From: Laetmonice hystrix
Lineage: Eukaryota
Assembly (NCBI GenBank): GCA_965235115.1
Contig: OZ249436.1
Location: forward strand, 17,484,001-17,548,000
DNA length: 64,000 bases
Direction: 5' to 3'
Shown piece by piece: positions 58,403 through 64,000 of the stretch (its first letter is position 1; every line of letters begins with the position of its first letter). The translations under genes were made by a program, and so were the position numbers. The notes beneath the pieces are model-generated. The model was not told where the DNA came from, made no database searches, and saw nothing but the letters and a program-made list of their open reading frames with translations.

Positions 58403-58646
58403 CAGCTATGGAATACCGGCGACGACATGCGAGATGCGAGAAGCGACATGGGATCGAACAGTGTCAATTTAGCACATATAATGTTTCTTATTGACACCGA
58501 CATCAAGATCCACTGCTCAATTAGTGCCTATTTAACAATAATTTTGGGGCTAAAGTGAAAACTGACACTAACACTAGGCCTAACCTTTACCCTAACCCAA
58601 ACACACTGTCTCGCATCTCGCATGTCGTTGCCGGTATTCCATACTG
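58403..58646. mobile_element. MITE of about 240 bp
   Basis: Inverted repeats TATGGAATACCGGC(G/A)ACGACATGCGAGATGCGAGA at both ends; internal CCTAACC motifs; no clear TSD. Confidence 0.65.
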
Positions 58647-59125
58647 AGCAGTACAGGGACTTCCGGCACAGCTCACTCTCTGTTTGGTATGTCCACCATC
58701 ACAACTAGGACAACATAGTTGATGAAAAGGATGAATTGTGATAGATATTTATATGAATGATCTTCGTGGTCCGATCTAGTGGTTAAAATAAACACAATTT
58801 GGTTACAGAAACGTTTAATGCCAGTTTAAAACTTGTTCTCTTTGCAACTCCTCCCCCAGCCCCCGGCAGCGTCAACAACAACATTTGCGCGTTGACAACT
58901 GACAGGACACTGGGATCAGCAGTAAACGCTTTGTAAGCTGACATCAGTCGATATTAATTCTAGAATCATCTTGTCATTAAAGAGTGTATGCGTCATTACT
59001 ACATTAGCTTTCACTTGAAACCTGTTACAACTTCACATTTTACTAAAATCATAACTTTTGTTAATTCCGATGATGAGCGCCATTTTGGGCTACTTTTCTC
59101 ACATGAAGCTTTGCACGGTATACGA

Positions 59126-59485
59126 CATTCGGGATTTCCTCGGGCATATGACGTCATTTCGGCTATTTGAATATACCATCGGGTGATTTGAGCGTCACTG
59201 GGGTCGAGATACATGACGAAATGGGCCTGTGTAGTGAGGCAGTGAGTGAAACGTCATATCTGATCGAGCCAGCTCGTAGTGCCTTCCTGAAACATCCTCC
59301 ATTGGCTTCGTATGTGCAAATATAAATTTCTGATATGAAGGCAACCATTTGAAGTTGAAAAATCATTCATCTAATTTACTTAATTTGCCGTAATAAGGTA
59401 ATTTATCAAATTATGGGAAGCAATATGGCGGCTCTATTCACCCGAGGGGACTTTCGAGTAGAAATGACCAAGGCATCCCCGATTG
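59126..59485. mobile_element. Diverged inverted copy of the 53459-54018 MITE family
   Basis: The reverse complement of 59126-59430 aligns by eye with 53718-54018 (e.g. GCCATATTGCTTCCCATAATTTGATAAATTACC). Decayed right TIR TCCCCGATTG and decayed TSD (GGTATACGA / GGTAggccTATACGA). Confidence 0.75.
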
Positions 59486-59570
59486 GGTAGGCCTATACGA
59501 GTGAGGATTTACGGAAATCCGAGGGAGCGCGAGTGTGCGGTCCTTTGCAATTGGTCCTATAGGCTACTTG

Positions 59571-61102
59571 TTAGAAAGCAGAGCGCCGAACCGGTTTTAA
59601 ATATAAGAGTGGCGTTGGTAGGTCCACGACGCAGACAGCTGGTTGATTGGCGGCCGATGGGAGAGTGACGTCACTGGCACCAATCACGTGTCCCGTGTCC
59701 ATGTCAACCGTTGTCATGGTACGTCTGAAGACGAACTTACAACTTTCATCAGCACACGCCTCATCATCCTTGGGTCTGTAGTATCCGCCTCCGATCACAT
59801 AGAGTGTGCGACCCACGACCACGGACCCTGCCTGGGAGTGACCCCTTGAGAGTGTGGCCAGTACTGTCCACTGCTGTGTTGTCATGTCCAAGACCTCCAC
59901 GGGCAGAACGTTACGGGCCTCACCATCCACCCTGTCCCTTCCCCCACACACCAGCACTCGACCCGGCACGGACCCAGTCGTGTGGTCCATACGACGGTTA
60001 AACATGGCCGGACCCCTGGTCCACCGCTTCTCTGGGGACAAACGGCTTCCGTCATACACAATAACAGTCGGGATAACTTTCTCACCCGTGGAACCACCTG
60101 TGACGTACACCTTCCCGTTACACACAACACTCGCGTGAGCCCACCGTCTAACCGTCATGGTGGCCTCCTGACTCCAGGAAAACGTCGCCAGGTCTAACCG
60201 CTCGGATGACTTGAGAACCTGGCAACCATCCCGTCCCCCAGCGACTAGTATCGCCCGTCCACACGGCAGAGTATCCGCCGTAAAGTAAGTCCGGGCTGAC
60301 TCCATCCCCGGAAGGTTATACCACGAGTCAGAGAGGTAACAGTACAGAGAACTCTCTCTTTTTGCTTTAGGGTTATCCGGAACGAGTTTATCCTGGCCAC
60401 CTATAAAAATCAGGTATGGTCCAAAGGCTACAACTTTAGAATTGACTGTGGTGACGTGAGGTTTGTTCACAGCCACCCACGGCTGGGGCTGACCGTCAGG
60501 AGAGTGTTGGGCCGCCATGGTGGCCGACACCATATCGTCCTGAGCACAACCTCCGACCACAGCCACACAGCGGGTCGTCAACACGAACGATGAGCGGATG
60601 CCAAGTTGGAACACCTTATTACTCATCAACATTTCACCAATTTCCGTTTTTCTGTCTGCAGTTTTGTGCAGAAACGTTGCAGAATCGGATAAATTGAGTT
60701 CACCAATTAGCTTGTTGAGTTGTTTTAAACTAGCTTGTTGAGAGGCCTGTTTAATGATCTCATTTAAACCAGGAATTTGGAAGTATCCGGCCACCTGGCG
60801 GATGACCTCGACATCAGTGGTTGTCACGGACAGGGCGCCTGTATAAAGTACGTCAAGCATTCTGTCCAGGCCCTCTGCCGACATGTCGTCGACCTTCACA
60901 CGGGGACATACACATTGTTCTGTTCGATCTTTGATGTACGCCGAGTATGAACAAACAAACTCAGAATGAATTGGGAACTTGATTCTTTCCTTGGTGACCA
61001 ACTCTCTGTCGAAACCTTCTTGTCGATGCCGCCGTGACATGTACTGTTTTGTCGTGTTGGTCACGTGGTTCTTAATTTTATAGATCGGCCTCTTGTCGGA
61101 TT
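59571..61102 (-). CDS. Single large exon: divergent BTB/POZ + short linker + six Kelch repeats
   Basis: FDRELVTKERIKFPIHSEFVCSYSAYIK...MSAEGLDRMLDVLYTGALSVTTTDVEVIRQVAGYFQIPGL (BTB). Six GG-dipeptide blades (VAVVGG, LIFIGG, ILVAGG, VYVTGG, VLVCGG, LYVIGG), with downstream W residues in blades 1-5. Confidence 0.93.
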
Positions 61103-62639
61103 CTGTAAAATAGAAAACACTTATTAAAATGCGTTGCGTAGTACCATATGGCGCAGCCTGTCCTCCTGACGTAGTGCGTACGGTGACACAGCCTGTGCCG
61201 TTGGCGTGGTACCATGGACAGTCTGTGTTGTCGACAGCGCTTTTTTTGCAAAGTTTAATCAGTCTACATCGGCCGCGGATCAAGGACAATACTGCCGTGA
61301 AATGACAAAAGGAAGCAAGTCCAAAGTTCAAGTTTCGAGAAATGGACATAAACAAGTTGTCTCTACAGTGCAGTTTGATGGACATGCTTCCTTCTGTCAT
61401 GTTACTGATAGCTTCATAGAAGGATGTTTAGCAGAAATACACCCATTGGTAGATAGGACTTACTTCCCTGAATCCAAATTTACACATAAGGCGATTTTGA
61501 TGAAAGTTGGACTTGCTTCCTTTTGTCATTGCACGGCAGAATAGATCCAACGTCAGCGATATTGTTGACGTTTTTGTGGGAATGAAATTAAAGGAAATAA
61601 TATCAACGGTGCGGAGGAGAGGATCCAGGATTTAGAGAAGCGGGGGCAAAGGGGACAATCTGGCAAAAGGGGGCCCAAAGAAAGCTGAACGTCCGAGGTC
61701 GGCCCGATTCTGTAACTGGGGGCTAAACTCAACTGTTTTTTCAAGGCATGCAGTGCCTGGGGAAAGAATCTAAGGAAGATAAGGCAGGCAAGTTTTCTTT
61801 AGGTCAGTAGAGATTTGGTCCACTTATCTACCCTCCCTGAAACAACTTCACAGTCACGTTTGTTGAAGGAAGTATTGATAGTTAGCATTAAGAGGAAGTC
61901 AAGTGGGAAGATCATTCACACAAAGATAAAGCGTTCCACCTTTGACCCAGTAACCGAGACGTTGAACCACGTGACCCTGCCTGGTCAATCGCAGCACATC
62001 CAGGAAGGCGTACACATCTTCTAGAGGTTTCTCTTGGATTAAATCGAGCAGAAATATGTTCCGCTCCCGTTTCGACTTTTCAGATGTCGCCTAAAACATA
62101 AATATACCTTCATTATTTTCAGAGGTTCCTGAAGAAAGGGACACTTTAAAGTGCCCCCCCCCCCCAAAAAAAAGAATTCCTCAAATATTTACATTTGAAC
62201 CCCAGGGACACCATCTTAAAACTTCAGGTTTGAGCCGAGAGTATTTTAAAAATGAATTGGGTTTAAAGGTAAGTGTTTGAGGAATTTGGGATGCCACCTT
62301 AATGTTCTGTTTCAAAAGATTTATCTGAATGATCGTAGCGCTCGAAGAGACGTCATACCTTTAGTTGTTCTTTGTCTTGACCAGTTAATACACTTGAAAC
62401 ATCAATTTTAGTAATTGCATCTACGTCAATGAAGTCCTGGATGTCCGATATGGCGTCATGGAAGTCTTTCTTGACAAGTTCTTCTAAAGTCCCTGGGTCC
62501 TTGATGGATACCGGCTGCTTGGGCTCTGCTGGATCTTCAGTAGAAGTAGCTGCATCCTTCGTGTTGGGTTTCCTAGTTTGGCCGGCCTTCTCCTGTGGGT
62601 CCTGGCCGGCTGCTTGGTCCTTCCTGGGCGGACCTGTAT
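59571..62639 (-). CDS. Predicted CARD-BTB-Kelch protein, 5'-incomplete (further exons expected beyond the window)
   Basis: Exons 62639-62359 (acceptor TAACAG, donor AAG|GTATGA), 62090-61940 (acceptor TTTTAG, donor AAAG|GTGGAA) and 61102-59571 (acceptor TTCTATTTTACAG, stop TAA). Phases 1-0-1 join with no stop, giving about 650 aa in the window. Confidence 0.75.
61292..61539. mobile_element. 248-bp MITE with 4-bp TSD, in the intron before the BTB-Kelch exon
   Basis: TIR CTGCCGTG(A/C)AATGACAAAAGGAAGCAAGTCCAA (about 33 bp, 1 mismatch); direct repeat AATA at 61288-61291 and 61540-61543. Confidence 0.85.
61940..62639 (-). CDS. Two exons encoding a low-complexity linker and a CARD-like death-fold domain
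   Basis: Spliced peptide LEELVKKDFHDAISDIQDFIDVDAITKIDVSSVLTGQDKEQLK|ATSEKSKRERNIFLLDLIQEKPLEDVYAFLDVLRLTRQGHVVQRL (about 90 aa). By eye it fits the CARD pattern VLT..D.E.I...T..ER...LLD.L..K....F..FL..LR...Q.H....L. Confidence 0.75.
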
Positions 62640-62655
62640 CTGTTACAAGTACATG

Positions 62656-64000
62656 TGTAACAACCACTTTTGTCACTTTTACCACTTTTGTCACAGGTCA
62701 CCACTTTTGTCACACAAAATGCCCACTTTTGTCACAGGTCACTTTTGTCACAACGTCGCCCACTTTTGTCGTTCTTAAGGACATCACTTTAGTCATAATT
62801 TTTTGACCGGTTTTGTTAAACTTGTCAAGGCCAAAAAAGACAGCGTGGCAGAAATGAGATGGTTTACGGATACAGATCCATGAAGTCAGGGGCACATATT
62901 GCATTAGTTGATATTAAACTTTTACTCCTTCATGAATAAATAATAATCAAGTAAGCAAGATCTGTGTGGTAAATCGAGTAGGTGAAAGCTATGCCAGTAT
63001 ACGCCCTCCTCTAATAAAGTCTTGTGCCATAAATACCAGGTAGTGGTTTCTATTGTCCAGGTTTGTTTGTCACACCTCACGCCGGCGACTCTGTACGTCA
63101 GTCAGTTACAGTCAACAGTTTTACCTGTAGACAGTATGACACCGCCAGACATGCTTGGTTGTACACCTTGTTTTCATTTGGACAGACAGGACGGTGGAAA
63201 TGGTGTCTTGATTAATGTGAAATATGTTCTACCTGTAAAAACCTTCTGATGTTTAAGTCGGTGTTTACTTATATTGCTTTGTGGTAAAGAATACACTAAA
63301 ATACAGCCATGTAGGCAATTGGTTTTGGAGGTGAGATCCTAATTTGTATATAAATGACTGTAACTATGTTGGCTTGACGTTGGGTGACGACTGTCGTATG
63401 CAGAACGTCGGTGTCACGTGCCTCATTGTCCATGGTGCCCTGATTTGATCATTTTTGTTAATATGTTTTAATGAAATCAACTTGCAGGAAGAAACTATGG
63501 ATGGTCCCCCTATTTTTAGTGCTACAGACGGGATCTACACCTCCAGGGCTTTGGTTGTTGCCTGTAAAATGTTTTTATTTTAGTAAAACAATGTGGTTGT
63601 GTGGGACACCACTCTGGAGGTCCAGTTTGACCTCTCCACTATATAAAGCCAGGAAACGACTTGTCAAATGTACAGTGAACGGTTACGTCTGAAAGTATCG
63701 CTTAGATAGACTCGGGTCTGTCTCCCATGAACTGGCTGATGGGTCGGAAGGAGCTTGCATGGGTCCACGTTCGGTCGTAGTCTGGCAACATGTGCTGATG
63801 GTTCAAACACTGACAGTATGATGAGTCACTTAGTGTCCACTTGGAGGCGGGAGGGTGCAAGCCTGAGAAAAGTGCGACATGACTCTTCTAAAGGGATGTA
63901 GCAATACAACCCGTTCCCCGTCAGTGGGTCGATCTGTGGCACGGTTCCGTATGGCGGCTATCATTGGGTTATCACGTGTTGTCTCAGACGCCAGATCTTC
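62656..64000. mobile_element. Second, near-identical copy of the 45477-47748 element (runs off window end)
   Basis: Colinear with about 45477-46830, with only scattered substitutions and small indels by eye; same left TIR. Confidence 0.92.

Noticed and set aside
53715-59430. One large element with 300-bp TIRs (Polinton/foldback)
   Set aside because: Each repeat has its own TIRs and TSD, and the interval has no polymerase, integrase or transposase ORF.
59571-61102. BTB-Kelch as an endogenous poxvirus-like gene
   Set aside because: It has a canonical spliceosomal acceptor and phase-compatible upstream exons, and no viral core genes are nearby; a viral origin is not supported without a phylogeny.
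61103-61400. N-terminal about 100 aa of the 609-aa ORF as genuine protein
   Set aside because: It comes from a MITE and intron upstream of a strong acceptor and has no domain character; treated only as a speculative isoform.
61815-62024. Plus-strand ORF with a C2-like motif (HTKIKRSTFDPV)
   Set aside because: Short, and antisense to the better-supported CARD exon; the resemblance is likely chance.

Overview
Intron-rich eukaryotic (animal) genomic DNA, probably a marine invertebrate deuterostome (inferred from gene content and repeat style, not proven). It has four N-gaps, many intronic minisatellites and several non-autonomous DNA transposons. I reconstructed three spliced genes by hand from GT-AG junctions and reading-frame phase. 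(1) A RASGEF1-family Ras GEF on +, coding exons 10460-21473, probable first exon near 4043. (2) A large adhesion GPCR on - (49914 to at least 31363) with the order signal peptide, LRR, Ly6/uPAR-like, SEA, hormone-receptor domain, GAIN/GPS, ADGRG-like 7TM, plus a candidate 9-nt microexon. (3) A 5'-incomplete gene on - whose exons 62639-62359 and 62090-61940 encode a CARD-like death-fold domain. These splice in phase onto one large exon (61102-59571) encoding a BTB domain and six Kelch repeats with no full BACK domain. This predicted CARD-BTB-Kelch fusion is hidden in the ORF track and is the most novel candidate. A second recurring theme is tandem arrays built from real splice sites: about 33 copies of a GAIN exon end plus donor, 6 copies of a SEA acceptor, about 19 copies of an LRR acceptor, and 3 copies of the RASGEF1 last-exon acceptor. 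All domain calls are by-eye motif recognition; no database searches were run.
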